Position numbers and translations under genes: made by a program
Part shown: piece after piece, positions 54,728 through 64,000 of the stretch
Layout: every line of letters begins with the position of its first letter
Position numbering within the stretch: the first letter of the stretch is position 1
Source: Endomicrobiales bacterium
Lineage (GTDB): Bacteria > Elusimicrobiota > Endomicrobiia > Endomicrobiales > JALOBY01
DNA: 64,000 nt
Reading direction: 5' to 3'
Assembly: GCA_963796955.1 (NCBI GenBank)
Contig: CAWCNJ010000003.1
Span: 32,001-96,000 of the forward strand
The notes under the pieces: model-generated
What the model saw: the letters and a program-made list of their open reading frames with translations, nothing else
What the model was told of the DNA's origin: nothing
Databases searched by the model: none

Positions 54728-56274
54728 TGTCCCATAAAAAGACCGTACTTAAGGCTACTGCGATAATTACTGCCTTCGCTATGGCCGGTAAGCTGCTGGG
54801 GTTTGCCCGTGAGATGATTATCGCGGCGAAATTTGGCACCACGTTCAGGGCTGACGCCTACTTTATCGGCCTTGCCGGGCCGGATTTCATCAGGGAAATA
54901 ATCTCCGGTGGGGTTCTTACAGCCGTCTTCATTCCGATGTATTCGTCGTTCCTGCATAACAATGATGAAGTTCAGTCTAAAAAACTGCTGGATAATACGG
55001 CCAGCGTTTTGCTGGTCCTTTTGCTCTCGGCGATAATTATTGGCTTGCCGCTGGCGCCCTGGCTGGTAAGGGCTGTTGCGCCGGAAATGGCGGGGGAATC
55101 ATTTGCGCTTGCGGTGCAGGTCTCGCGCATAATATTCCCGGCAATGCTTTTTATGGGCTTCGCGAATCTGTACGGCTCGCTGCTTAACGTACATAAACAT
55201 TTCGCCATGCCTTCCATGGGCCAGCTCATACAGAACGTTTGCATAATATTCGGGGCTGTGCTATTCAGCAAAAGTCTTGGTGTTAACAGCATCGCGGTTG
55301 GTTTTGTAGCCGGCGCGGTTTTGCAGCTTTTGGTTTTGTTCCCGGTCATGCGCAAAAATTCTGTTGGCTTTACTTTCGATCTTTCGCTGAGCCCTTCATT
55401 CATTAAAATGCTTCGTCTATGGGGGCCTTTGTTTATGGTGTCTGTAGTCTCTACCGCGAACGATCTTGTTAACAGGTCTCTTGCGGCGGGCCTGGATGTC
55501 GGCAGCGTTTCGGCGATAAACTTCTCTAACCGCATTAGAGAAACTACTCTCATGTTGAGCGCTGTGCCGCTTGCCACGGCAGTATTTCCTGTTATGAGCC
55601 AGCTTGTAGTAAAAAATAGCCGGGAGGAACTGGCTACTATTACGCGTTTCGCCCTGCGCCTGACAACCTTTATCGCCTTGCCAATGTGCCTTATCATGCT
55701 TGTTTACAGCCACGATATTGTACGCCTGCTTTTTCAAAGAGGGGTATTTGATTCGGCCTCCACCGCAATAACCTCTACGGCCCTGGTCTTTTACAGCACC
55801 GGCGCGCTTTTCATAGCGCTCAGCTATGTTATTTTGCGCCTCTACTACAGTTTCCAGGATTCTAAAACTCCATTGATAGTGTATTCAACCGCCTGCGTGA
55901 TCAACCTGGTTTTGGGAATGGTACTTCGCAAATACTTGCTGGTAGGCGGTATCGCCCTTGCACGTTCAGTTGCGGATCTTGCGGTATTTGTGCTGTTGGC
56001 CATGCTGCTAAAGCGCATAATGAACGATTTCAGCCAGAAAGATTTCTGGAGATTTTTCCTTAAGATATCGCTTATCGGTTTGCCCAGTATATTGTTCTCA
56101 AGGTATATTTACAGCTTATTCCCTGCATCAACGGGGATCATCGCACAATGCGTCTGGCTCGGAGCTGGAATGGTTATCGCGGTAGGAGTTTATATCGCGG
56201 TTTGTAAGGTTTTAAAGGTAGAAGAAGCCGAAAAGATGATACAAATAGTCAGAGCAAAGTTGGCAGGAAGTTAA
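54727..56274 (+). CDS. murJ: MurJ/MviN-family flippase
   Basis: LLGFAREM..AAKFG, VFIP, LFQRG.F, YYSFQDSKTP; many TM helices. Confidence 0.85.
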   Translation: MSHKKTVLKATAIITAFAMAGKLLGFAREMIIAAKFGTTFRADAYFIGLAGPDFIREIISGGVLTAVFIPMYSSFLHNNDEVQSKKLLDNTASVLLVLLLSAIIIGLPLAPWLVRAVAPEMAGESFALAVQVSRIIFPAMLFMGFANLYGSLLNVHKHFAMPSMGQLIQNVCIIFGAVLFSKSLGVNSIAVGFVAGAVLQLLVLFPVMRKNSVGFTFDLSLSPSFIKMLRLWGPLFMVSVVSTANDLVNRSLAAGLDVGSVSAINFSNRIRETTLMLSAVPLATAVFPVMSQLVVKNSREELATITRFALRLTTFIALPMCLIMLVYSHDIVRLLFQRGVFDSASTAITSTALVFYSTGALFIALSYVILRLYYSFQDSKTPLIVYSTACVINLVLGMVLRKYLLVGGIALARSVADLAVFVLLAMLLKRIMNDFSQKDFWRFFLKISLIGLPSILFSRYIYSLFPASTGIIAQCVWLGAGMVIAVGVYIAVCKVLKVEEAEKMIQIVRAKLAGS

Positions 56275-56299
56275 ACCCGAACCGAATGCAAAATCCGGG

Positions 56300-57655
56300 T
56301 TACGCGAAGGTATAGAGTTCCAATTTTTCTTTTTTACCGCGCAGCGCGCCTTTCGTTAGAAATCGTAACCGCACCGTCCCGCCTAGTTCGTTGACCACAT
56401 TCTCGGTAAGTATTATGTTCTCTTTCAGGTCTTTGCAGTAGTCCTGCAGGCGCGATACGGTGTTCACCGGGTCGCCGATAACGGTGTACTCGAAACGTTC
56501 CTCGCTTCCTATATTGCCCGAGATAACCTCTCCAGTATGGATGGTAATGCCAAGCCGCAGTTCAAATAATCCCTGGGCTTTTCTCTCCGCGTTGTGCGCA
56601 TCAACCCGTTTCAGAACTTCTTTCGCCATCGCGACGGCGCGGCGGGCGTCATCCGGGTCGGCGTCAGGCACGCCAAAAACGCACAGGGCGCCGTCGCCAA
56701 GGAATTTATCAATTACACCGTCTCGCGATATGGTTGAACGTACTACTATGGAAAATATCTGGTTAATGGCGGCAACAACCGTCTCAGCCGGGCACTCTTC
56801 CGATAGAGCCGTAAAATCGCGGATGTCCGTGCAAACCAGCGTGACTTTCTTTTTGGCGCCGCCAAGCGCACTGCGCTCGCGCAAAATATTTTCCACTATC
56901 TTCGGGCTTATGTATTTTCCCAGCAGGTTCTTTGCCAGTTCTTTTTCTTTAAGGCCCTGCACCATCTCCCGCACGCCCATGGTTAAATTCCCAACTTCAT
57001 CATGATGATCCAGCGGGGGGATAATTACATCAAAATTACCTTTGCCTATTTCGCTTACCGCACCGGATAATATTTCTATCGGTTTCACCATAATGCCTAC
57101 GATGTATAGCGTCAGGAAAAGGCTGGATAACAGCAGCAGCAGCGCGATCACGACTATCTTCGAGAAAACATTTCTCATCGCGTTATCGATCGTCTCGTTG
57201 GAAAAACCAACGCGCACATAACCGACCCTGCTTGAAGGCCCTTCCAGGGGGATGCCGATGTCGGTTATTGAAACTTTGTTCGCAATGATAGATTGCGCCA
57301 GGACTTTTTTAGATGTCGTTAGATTCATGAACAGGGGAGAACGGTCGGCTTCGCTGATCAGCCGCTGGTCCGTGTGAGAGATGATGATGCCGTTCGCATC
57401 CTGCACAATAGCGTAAAGGATGGTTTTTTCCGACCTGAGTTCCTGAATGCGGTAATGTATACGGAAGGTGTCCAGCCGGGGGATAAGCGATTCGATCGTA
57501 TCTTTGGCCAGGTAGCCGGCCTTGATGGTCATTTCGTTGATCTGGGCCTGTTTGACCAGGTTGAAGACCAGCACGCTCATCGCCGAGAGCACAATAACGA
57601 TAAGGGCTGCGGCCACCAGCCAGAATTTGATCGCAAGGGATTTTATCTTGAACAT
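56300..57655 (-). CDS. Membrane class III adenylate cyclase (TM-sensor-TM-HAMP-CHD)
   Basis: TDIRDFT, DKFLGDG, YTVIGDPVNTVSRL (K/T adenine specificity); HAMP DEVGNL. Confidence 0.92.
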   Translation of the reverse strand: MFKIKSLAIKFWLVAAALIVIVLSAMSVLVFNLVKQAQINEMTIKAGYLAKDTIESLIPRLDTFRIHYRIQELRSEKTILYAIVQDANGIIISHTDQRLISEADRSPLFMNLTTSKKVLAQSIIANKVSITDIGIPLEGPSSRVGYVRVGFSNETIDNAMRNVFSKIVVIALLLLLSSLFLTLYIVGIMVKPIEILSGAVSEIGKGNFDVIIPPLDHHDEVGNLTMGVREMVQGLKEKELAKNLLGKYISPKIVENILRERSALGGAKKKVTLVCTDIRDFTALSEECPAETVVAAINQIFSIVVRSTISRDGVIDKFLGDGALCVFGVPDADPDDARRAVAMAKEVLKRVDAHNAERKAQGLFELRLGITIHTGEVISGNIGSEERFEYTVIGDPVNTVSRLQDYCKDLKENIILTENVVNELGGTVRLRFLTKGALRGKKEKLELYTFA

Positions 57656-57665
57656 TGGTTTAATT

Positions 57666-57742
57666 AGTGTAACCGCTCACGACAACTATGTCAATGTTTT
57701 TATCAAAAACACCTTGCGAAAGACCCAATTATCCTATATAAT
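57666..57742. promoter_or_regulatory. Back-to-back divergent sigma70 promoters with a central palindrome
   Basis: Minus strand: TTGACA (57694-89) N17 TACACT (57671-66). Plus strand: TTGCGA (57714) N17 TATAAT (57737). TGTTTTT-ATC-AAAAACA at 57695-57711. Confidence 0.7.
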
Positions 57743-57801
57743 TAACACATAATAATTGGAATTTACAGTGCGCAAATTTGCAACGGTATCCTTTGCATTT
57801 G

Positions 57802-59664
57802 ATGAAAAAAATAATCCTCTGCGCCACCTTTATGACATTGCTTCGCTGCCTTGCCCACGGCTATGCCGGTACGTCTGATGACGTGCTGAGCAAGGGACCC
57901 GGCGCGCTGGATGTTTCGTTGGGGGGTAATCTTGCCGGCCTTGGCAACGAAGCTTATTCTGTTTTCTCCAACCCCGCCGCGGTCTCAACCCTTAAAAAAA
58001 CCGAACTGATAACCAGCAACATATCATACTTTGAACAAACCAGCCAGACAACGCTCGGTCTGCTGCTTCCTGTTGACGGTAACGTCTTCAGCGCCATGGT
58101 CACCTCTCTCAATTCCGGCGGCTTTGTTCAGCGCGTGAACCCCTGGGATGAGGGCAGCACGTTCGGCGTATCTTCCAATCTTTTACAGCTCGCCTATTGC
58201 CGTGAGATGCTGCGTGGTTTTTCGCTGGGCTTCACGCTTAAAGAATATTACCAGCTTATCAACGCGAAGAATCTTGCACTTACCGCCAGTGATATCGGCG
58301 CGTATTATCAGCCGTTCCCCCGGCTGGGCATAGGTTTAAATGTACGGAATGTCGTCTCAAGCGAATCTTCCTATTATGTCGACGGGCAAAAGACCATGCT
58401 GCCGCTGGGCGGCGATCTGGGTGTCAGCTGGGGCTGGCAGTTAAAGAAAGCAGCTTTCAAGATCATCGGCGGATTACAGATCGAAAATTCGCAGAATAAC
58501 GCTTCGGCGGGGCTTGAATGCGCGTACGGGCCGGCGGCGGTCCGGGTGGGCGCTAATACAGACGGCATGGCCGCGGGTGTCGGCACGCACTTTGGCGATT
58601 TTACCATTGATTATGCTATGGCCATGAATGTGTTGGGGCCCGTCAACACCGTTTCCGTGGGCGTGAAGTTCGGTAAAACGAAAGAGGAATATGAGGAAGA
58701 CATAAAGCGCATTTACGCCGGCCAGATACTTACCCCGAAAGAAGCGCATTCGCTGTCAAAACATCACTATCAGGAAGGCTTAAAGCAGATGAATGCCAAC
58801 CAGACCGCTCTTGCGATAGTAGAGTTCGATACCGCCCAGCTGCTGGATCCGCAGAATATGGCGGTACGCCGCGAGCTGCTTGCCGCGAAAGCGAAGCTGG
58901 ATGTTTCAGTCGACGCCGCGCTCATCGCCCGCTACCGCGACAGCGCCATGAAATCGTACCTTGACCTGAACATGCAAAACGCCCTGGTTGAATGGCAGCG
59001 TTTGCTGCTTGTGGACCCCAATAACGAACTGGCGAAAGAATATATCGCAAAAATTACCGTACGGCTCTCGGATTCCGATGTAAAAAGCGCCGTCTCTAAG
59101 ATGGATGTAGTTAAGAACACTGAGATCAGCAGGTTGATGGATGAAGCCGCCCATTTATACAGTGACAAATCCTATCAGAAAACGATCGCGGTCCTGCGCA
59201 AGGTGTTGAAGATAGAGCCGTCATATCAACCCGCGAAAGAAAAACTTGCCTACACGCTGACCGAATTGAACGGCCAGGTTTCATTGTCCATTGAGAAAGC
59301 CAGCAAGCTTATTGATGAGAAGAAATACATTGAAGCTGCCGCTCCACTACAATTCGCCCGCGACATAAGCCCCGATGATCCGCAACTGCTGGAACTGCTC
59401 GCAAAAGTAAACAGCGAAATAGTGCGCAAAGAAAAACGCGACCAGCGCAAAAAGAACGACAAGCGTTATTATGAAGCCGTTTCCCTATACATGCAGGCAA
59501 ACCCGTCCGTGCACCCCAACCCCCAATACAAAAAAGCCTACGACATTTGCAAAGAAATATTGAGCACCGACCCCTTCTTCGACGCCGCCAAAGACCTGAT
59601 AGGCCGCATAGACGCAAGAGAAGGCCGCCGAGAAATAAGAATGCGCCGCCCGGATGATGAATAG
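57802..59664 (+). CDS. PorV/PorQ-like beta-barrel fused to C-terminal TPR repeats
   Basis: Signal peptide; GPGA..SLGG...SVFSNPA, DIGAYY, IDYA strands; TPR helices (LDPQN, VDPNN, IEPSY). Confidence 0.75.
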   Translation: MKKIILCATFMTLLRCLAHGYAGTSDDVLSKGPGALDVSLGGNLAGLGNEAYSVFSNPAAVSTLKKTELITSNISYFEQTSQTTLGLLLPVDGNVFSAMVTSLNSGGFVQRVNPWDEGSTFGVSSNLLQLAYCREMLRGFSLGFTLKEYYQLINAKNLALTASDIGAYYQPFPRLGIGLNVRNVVSSESSYYVDGQKTMLPLGGDLGVSWGWQLKKAAFKIIGGLQIENSQNNASAGLECAYGPAAVRVGANTDGMAAGVGTHFGDFTIDYAMAMNVLGPVNTVSVGVKFGKTKEEYEEDIKRIYAGQILTPKEAHSLSKHHYQEGLKQMNANQTALAIVEFDTAQLLDPQNMAVRRELLAAKAKLDVSVDAALIARYRDSAMKSYLDLNMQNALVEWQRLLLVDPNNELAKEYIAKITVRLSDSDVKSAVSKMDVVKNTEISRLMDEAAHLYSDKSYQKTIAVLRKVLKIEPSYQPAKEKLAYTLTELNGQVSLSIEKASKLIDEKKYIEAAAPLQFARDISPDDPQLLELLAKVNSEIVRKEKRDQRKKNDKRYYEAVSLYMQANPSVHPNPQYKKAYDICKEILSTDPFFDAAKDLIGRIDAREGRREIRMRRPDDE

Positions 59665-59670
59665 TAACTT

Positions 59671-61230
59671 ATGAAAATGTTCATGCTGTTTTTCATCAAC
59701 TTCTATACTATGTTCCAACTGTGGATAATTTCATGGCGAAAAACCATAAGCCCGCGTGTATTTATGGCCTTTTTTGCCATGGGGCTTTTTACCGCTACTT
59801 CCGTTGCTTTCGTTTCTCAATGGGTATGCACAAGATTTATGGTGCCGAATACGGTTTCATACACATTCAACCCGTTCATAGAGGAGATCGCCAAAATAGT
59901 ACCGTTGGTTGTATTTATTTTGTTGAATAAAGAAGCTTTTAAACAATTAAAAGCTACCGATTTTATGTTGCTTGCTCTCGCGACAGGTACTGGTTTTGGT
60001 ATGATGGAAACCTATTTGTACCTGGTTTCGGGCATGGATATGACCAACAGATTAACTTTCTCACTGGTGCTTCCTCAGATTTCCTCATACACAACTACAT
60101 TTGCCGACATCCTCGGCAATTACCAGCAGATTGCTTATTCTTTTGCCGGACACGGTATCCTTTCAGCGGCAGTGGGATTGTCTTTGGGCGTTGCTCTTAC
60201 AGTAGCTATTGATGCTAAGAGCAAAAAATATATTTTTGCACTACCGACGGTTGTATTGCTATGGGTAATAGCCAATCATTCGATCTCGAATTACCTGGAT
60301 ATTGCAAGTAAGATGTTCTACCCTTTGCAGTTCGTTTTGTGGTTTGACAGGTCGGGCAGGGTGATAGTCTGGTTCTTTGGCGCATTGTTATTGGGTACGA
60401 TAATTCGGGAAGAAATACTTCATAGAAATAATCCTGATAAAAAAGTTGATGTCGTTCAAAATGAGGCAGCAATGCGTTTTCCTAAGATCAATGTTATGGA
60501 AAGAATACTTGATTTTCTGTTAACCGCTTTCATTATTCTGCTAGTCGTGCTGTTAAAGTATCAGAGATATACAAACTATGAGATGCTTTTTCGGAATGCG
60601 ACAAACGTCCTGGCGGTCATTGCAGTGATCAGGGTTGTTTGGTTGTTTTGGAAAAATAAAGGTGTTTCTTGTGAAACGGTACAGGGATTTAGCGTGAAAG
60701 TGTTGTCATACACTGCTCTGGGGCTTACCGTCCTGTCGGTCTTTGCCTACATCGTACCATTCTCAAGGGTATTATTCCCTTCCGGTATTTATTCTCCATA
60801 CGAGTTCCTATATAACGCCTTTGGGAGATATTTCAACGATTTTGGAGGACTATTACCCGGCTTTATAGCGATAAGCGCGGCTATTGCCGGCATATTTGGC
60901 GCATATATAGACCTTTCGGTTGTCTTCGATAATGCAAGCATTGTCGCTGATAATTGGGGCATGGCTGGGTTGGGGAAAGGCCTTGGGGTTATAAGCCTTG
61001 TGATCAATCCGGATGCTACCATTTTTTCAATTATTGGAGGCGCCATTCTTGGGGGTGGGATAGCACTAGCGGGTATGAGCCTGGGATTACCGGCTATTGC
61101 AAGTTGGATATTTGGAAGCACTGTTGGTGGAATAACAATCGGGATGATTGAATCGGAGCGAGCCATGCGTAAGCGCCGCACTGAAATACCCGGTAATTCT
61201 CCAAACGCAGCTAGATACGAGGACCGATGA
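59671..61230 (+). CDS. PrsW-family intramembrane protease with extended hydrophobic/Gly-rich C-terminus
   Basis: PFIEEIAK, GFGMMET, GHGILS..G, NHSISN motifs. Confidence 0.75.
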   Translation: MKMFMLFFINFYTMFQLWIISWRKTISPRVFMAFFAMGLFTATSVAFVSQWVCTRFMVPNTVSYTFNPFIEEIAKIVPLVVFILLNKEAFKQLKATDFMLLALATGTGFGMMETYLYLVSGMDMTNRLTFSLVLPQISSYTTTFADILGNYQQIAYSFAGHGILSAAVGLSLGVALTVAIDAKSKKYIFALPTVVLLWVIANHSISNYLDIASKMFYPLQFVLWFDRSGRVIVWFFGALLLGTIIREEILHRNNPDKKVDVVQNEAAMRFPKINVMERILDFLLTAFIILLVVLLKYQRYTNYEMLFRNATNVLAVIAVIRVVWLFWKNKGVSCETVQGFSVKVLSYTALGLTVLSVFAYIVPFSRVLFPSGIYSPYEFLYNAFGRYFNDFGGLLPGFIAISAAIAGIFGAYIDLSVVFDNASIVADNWGMAGLGKGLGVISLVINPDATIFSIIGGAILGGGIALAGMSLGLPAIASWIFGSTVGGITIGMIESERAMRKRRTEIPGNSPNAARYEDR

Positions 61231-64000
61231 AACAAGGCAATAAATATCTCCATATAGCCATAACAGTCGCCCTCTTCCACCTTGCATGCGGAGTCGGGTT
61301 TGGTGCTACTATCAGCGGGCATGACTACCAGGGTGGGGCGCTCGTTCCCAATAATGGTGATGTTCTCAACGGTGTTTTTTATAATATTGGTGAATTTCGC
61401 GTTGATTCAGGCGTAACTGTATATATTGCTGTTAATACAAAACTGGAGCTCTACGCTTCAACTGTAACAATTAATGGTGTCATTAACGGGGTTGGGAGCG
61501 GTAGTCCTGGAGGATTTGGAGGAAGCCCGAATAATGCAGGCAGTCCCGGGCAGGGAACTGGGTTTGGTGATGGTGGTATTGCATCGAATGGGTCAAACGG
61601 CTACGGTGGATGTGGAGCTGGTTACGGCGGTCTTGGTGGTCATGGAGGATACATGACATCAAGCGGAACTGCATACGGTTATTCCACACTTGCGACATAT
61701 CCACCATCGAGTGATGATGTCGAACTTGGTTCAGGAGGCGGCGGTGGTTGCGGGAGTTATAACGGCACTTCATTTGGTGGTGATGGTGGTGCAGGTGGTG
61801 CAGGTATATTGATTGAAGGCAGCAGTGTAACCGTGAATGGAACCATTTATGCTAGCGGAAAAAATGGATATGCTGCTAACGGTTCTGCTGAAGATTTTTT
61901 AAGTGGTGGTGGGGCAGGTTCGGGTGGTACCGTCCTCATCCGTGCATTAAATAGTTTCAATGGTTCAGGTACTATAGAAGTTAAAGGTGGAACAGGAGGT
62001 ACTAGTAATCCGGGAGGTGGTGCAACGGGCGGTTGCGGCGGTGGCGGTTCTGGTGGACGAATCAAAATATTTTATAATTCGTACTTCTTCAGCGGCAGCA
62101 GTACGGTTGCAAATGGCACAAGCAGTGGCACGGGATTGCGCAAAGGCGGCGATGGAGCTATCGGGACCGTATTTTCAACGCAAATATCATCGCCTGTGAT
62201 TTCTGCCAGCAATTCTGCAATATATCAAACCTCGATCACCTGGTCTTGGTCCATGGCAATGGGAAGCTGGGGTGGCGCAACAGATAATACCCACTACAAG
62301 TTTCGTATATATTCTTCTTCGATTACCCCTTCAACTTATAATCAATACCAATATATCGCTGAAGTTTCTTCGTCAACCTTCCAATATACTGAAGCTGGAT
62401 TGCTGCCTAATACCACTTATTCTCGTTACATTGTAAGTTATACGGATTGGGGTAATTCACTCGCATTGCGCACCACCGACACCTGTACGGGAATAGAGAT
62501 TCCATCTAATATCTCATTTAATACATATGCTAGTTCGATCACAGCCAGTATCGTTGCGCCTAACAATATCGCAGCAGGTCTATCAGGCGTTCGTATCAGC
62601 TCATCTTCGCCGATCACATCAAGCTATGTGCAATATGTTTCAACGACCATTGCAGGATTAACTCCCAACACCACGTACCCATTCTACGTTCAAACTCGTA
62701 ATGCTGTGGGGATAGAAAATGCCATGGTCGGGCCATTTAATAAATGTACCCTCGCTTTGCCTGCGGACACTACGTCGTATTCGGAAGTTCATGTAAGTTC
62801 TTTAACTGTTTCGTTTGGTCATAGTACCAATCAGGACGGAACTCATTATCAGGTCGATCTTGATACGAACTCGGTGTTCGATGTATCGGATACCATTATT
62901 TCCAGCAATACGGTCGGCGGTTCGGCATTATTTACCGGGCTTGCCGGAAATACCACTTATTATGCCAGAGTCTGCTCGCTCAGTTTTGACGGGGATCAGA
63001 GCGTTTTTGTACCGCTTGGGCCTACGGTGACCGGTGCTAACCTACCTACGTTCAGTGCCTTTACGGCTGTTTCTACCGGGGTAATTACTCTGACGACAGA
63101 TATTCACGCTAATGCTCCTGATACCTTATATACCTTGGTTAGTTCAACGAACGCGACATATTCTCCCGCTACCTCAACAATTACGGCAAATCAATCGCAA
63201 TTTAGCTTTTCTTCCCTGATACCCAACACTTCATACTACTTCAGGGCGATGCTTACGGATCGGCGAGGGAACAATTCATCGTGGATCAGCTCCTTTGCCT
63301 CTACGGTAACTCTTGCCGCAGCTCCTGTCCGGCAATATTGCTATACAGTATCAACCGGCTCAATTGACTATCGTTTTGCAACGAACGGAAATCCGGGTGA
63401 CACTGAATATCGCGTTACAGTCAATACCCAAACCGTGACAGCCGTGGGAGCGCTTGCTGATATTGAAACCTGGATTGCTTTGCCGGGGGGCGCGCTCTCT
63501 CTTCACGACTTAATTCCAAACACCCGCTACACTATACAAACCCTGGCGCGTAACCGTGCTGGAGTGCAAACGGACGTAACGGTAAGCACCTCGGCGTGCA
63601 CGTATGCTATCGCTCCTTCAACTGCCTCACTTGATGTTACCAATAACGGTATCTACTTAAGCTGGCAGGCTCCGGGAAATCCTGTAGGAACGCTCTATGA
63701 TGTTCGCTATTCAAGCGTCAGCGCCGTCGATACATCGCCTAAAGACAGTGGGTTGGTTACCAGCACTATCTATCCCCTGCAGGGGCCTTTTACCCCTAAC
63801 GTTACTTATTATTTCAGCGTAATGGCCAAGAACCAGGACGGCATTCTTACATCATCTATAACCATTTTTACCTCGACGCTGCCGGGTGTGCCGGCGGCGC
63901 CGGATTCTTTTAATACGGTGTTCGTAACATCAATGACCATCACGAACGGTGGCGATTTCAATACTCCCGACACTCTGTACTTCTTCGAACAGCAGGCAGG
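61227..64000 (+). CDS. Large secreted surface protein: Gly-rich domain plus at least 6 FN3 repeats (partial; runs off the window; not in the ORF track)
   Basis: ATGA overlap with the PrsW stop; manually translated open frame to 64000. GSGGGGG and GGGSGGRI motifs; LLPNTTY, LTPNTTY, LAGNTTY, LIPNTSY, LIPNTRY, FTPNVTY. Confidence 0.9.
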   Translation, partial: MKQGNKYLHIAITVALFHLACGVGFGATISGHDYQGGALVPNNGDVLNGVFYNIGEFRVDSGVTVYIAVNTKLELYASTVTINGVINGVGSGSPGGFGGSPNNAGSPGQGTGFGDGGIASNGSNGYGGCGAGYGGLGGHGGYMTSSGTAYGYSTLATYPPSSDDVELGSGGGGGCGSYNGTSFGGDGGAGGAGILIEGSSVTVNGTIYASGKNGYAANGSAEDFLSGGGAGSGGTVLIRALNSFNGSGTIEVKGGTGGTSNPGGGATGGCGGGGSGGRIKIFYNSYFFSGSSTVANGTSSGTGLRKGGDGAIGTVFSTQISSPVISASNSAIYQTSITWSWSMAMGSWGGATDNTHYKFRIYSSSITPSTYNQYQYIAEVSSSTFQYTEAGLLPNTTYSRYIVSYTDWGNSLALRTTDTCTGIEIPSNISFNTYASSITASIVAPNNIAAGLSGVRISSSSPITSSYVQYVSTTIAGLTPNTTYPFYVQTRNAVGIENAMVGPFNKCTLALPADTTSYSEVHVSSLTVSFGHSTNQDGTHYQVDLDTNSVFDVSDTIISSNTVGGSALFTGLAGNTTYYARVCSLSFDGDQSVFVPLGPTVTGANLPTFSAFTAVSTGVITLTTDIHANAPDTLYTLVSSTNATYSPATSTITANQSQFSFSSLIPNTSYYFRAMLTDRRGNNSSWISSFASTVTLAAAPVRQYCYTVSTGSIDYRFATNGNPGDTEYRVTVNTQTVTAVGALADIETWIALPGGALSLHDLIPNTRYTIQTLARNRAGVQTDVTVSTSACTYAIAPSTASLDVTNNGIYLSWQAPGNPVGTLYDVRYSSVSAVDTSPKDSGLVTSTIYPLQGPFTPNVTYYFSVMAKNQDGILTSSITIFTSTLPGVPAAPDSFNTVFVTSMTITNGGDFNTPDTLYFFEQQA

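Noticed and set aside
56272..56301. Terminator between convergent murJ and cyclase genes
   Set aside because: Only a 6-bp stem (AACCCG/CGGGTT) with a long loop and no U-tract.
1..64000. CRISPR array, tRNA, rRNA or prophage
   Set aside because: Intergenic gaps are short, and no repeat-spacer, cloverleaf or phage genes were seen by eye.

Overview
A 64-kb bacterial chromosomal window with almost all genes on the + strand. Gene content (PorV-like protein, FN3/Gly-rich surface protein, giant multidomain membrane protein) suggests an Elusimicrobiota-like diderm, but this is an inference only. The dominant feature is a giant gene that the ORF track splits in two (1594-17127 and 17218-19791). Two compensating 1-nt indels join these into one ~6065-aa protein carrying TM segments, a beta-barrel-like block, tandem Rhs/YD-like repeats, a tandem ~610-aa duplication with a degenerate nucleotidyltransferase-like fold, and degenerate glycogen-synthase-like and amylomaltase-like C-terminal domains. 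It lies between an olsB/olsA-like pair and ppk1 plus a CYTH gene. Next come a DUF134-arsC-acr3 operon with no ArsR, a kdp locus (split KdpD, in-operon PTS IIA, frameshifted kdpC), pstSCAB1B2 with complementary degenerate ATPase motifs, and ftsW-murG-dgkA-surE-uvrB. An AT-rich islet follows (IS-interrupted beta-helix gene, beta-propeller gene, SLT-in-Ig gene), then a glycosylation locus with a MurJ-like flippase. The window ends with an adenylate cyclase divergent from a PorV-TPR / PrsW / Gly-rich FN3 operon, whose last ORF is absent from the ORF track and runs off the window. No rRNA, tRNA or CRISPR array was seen.
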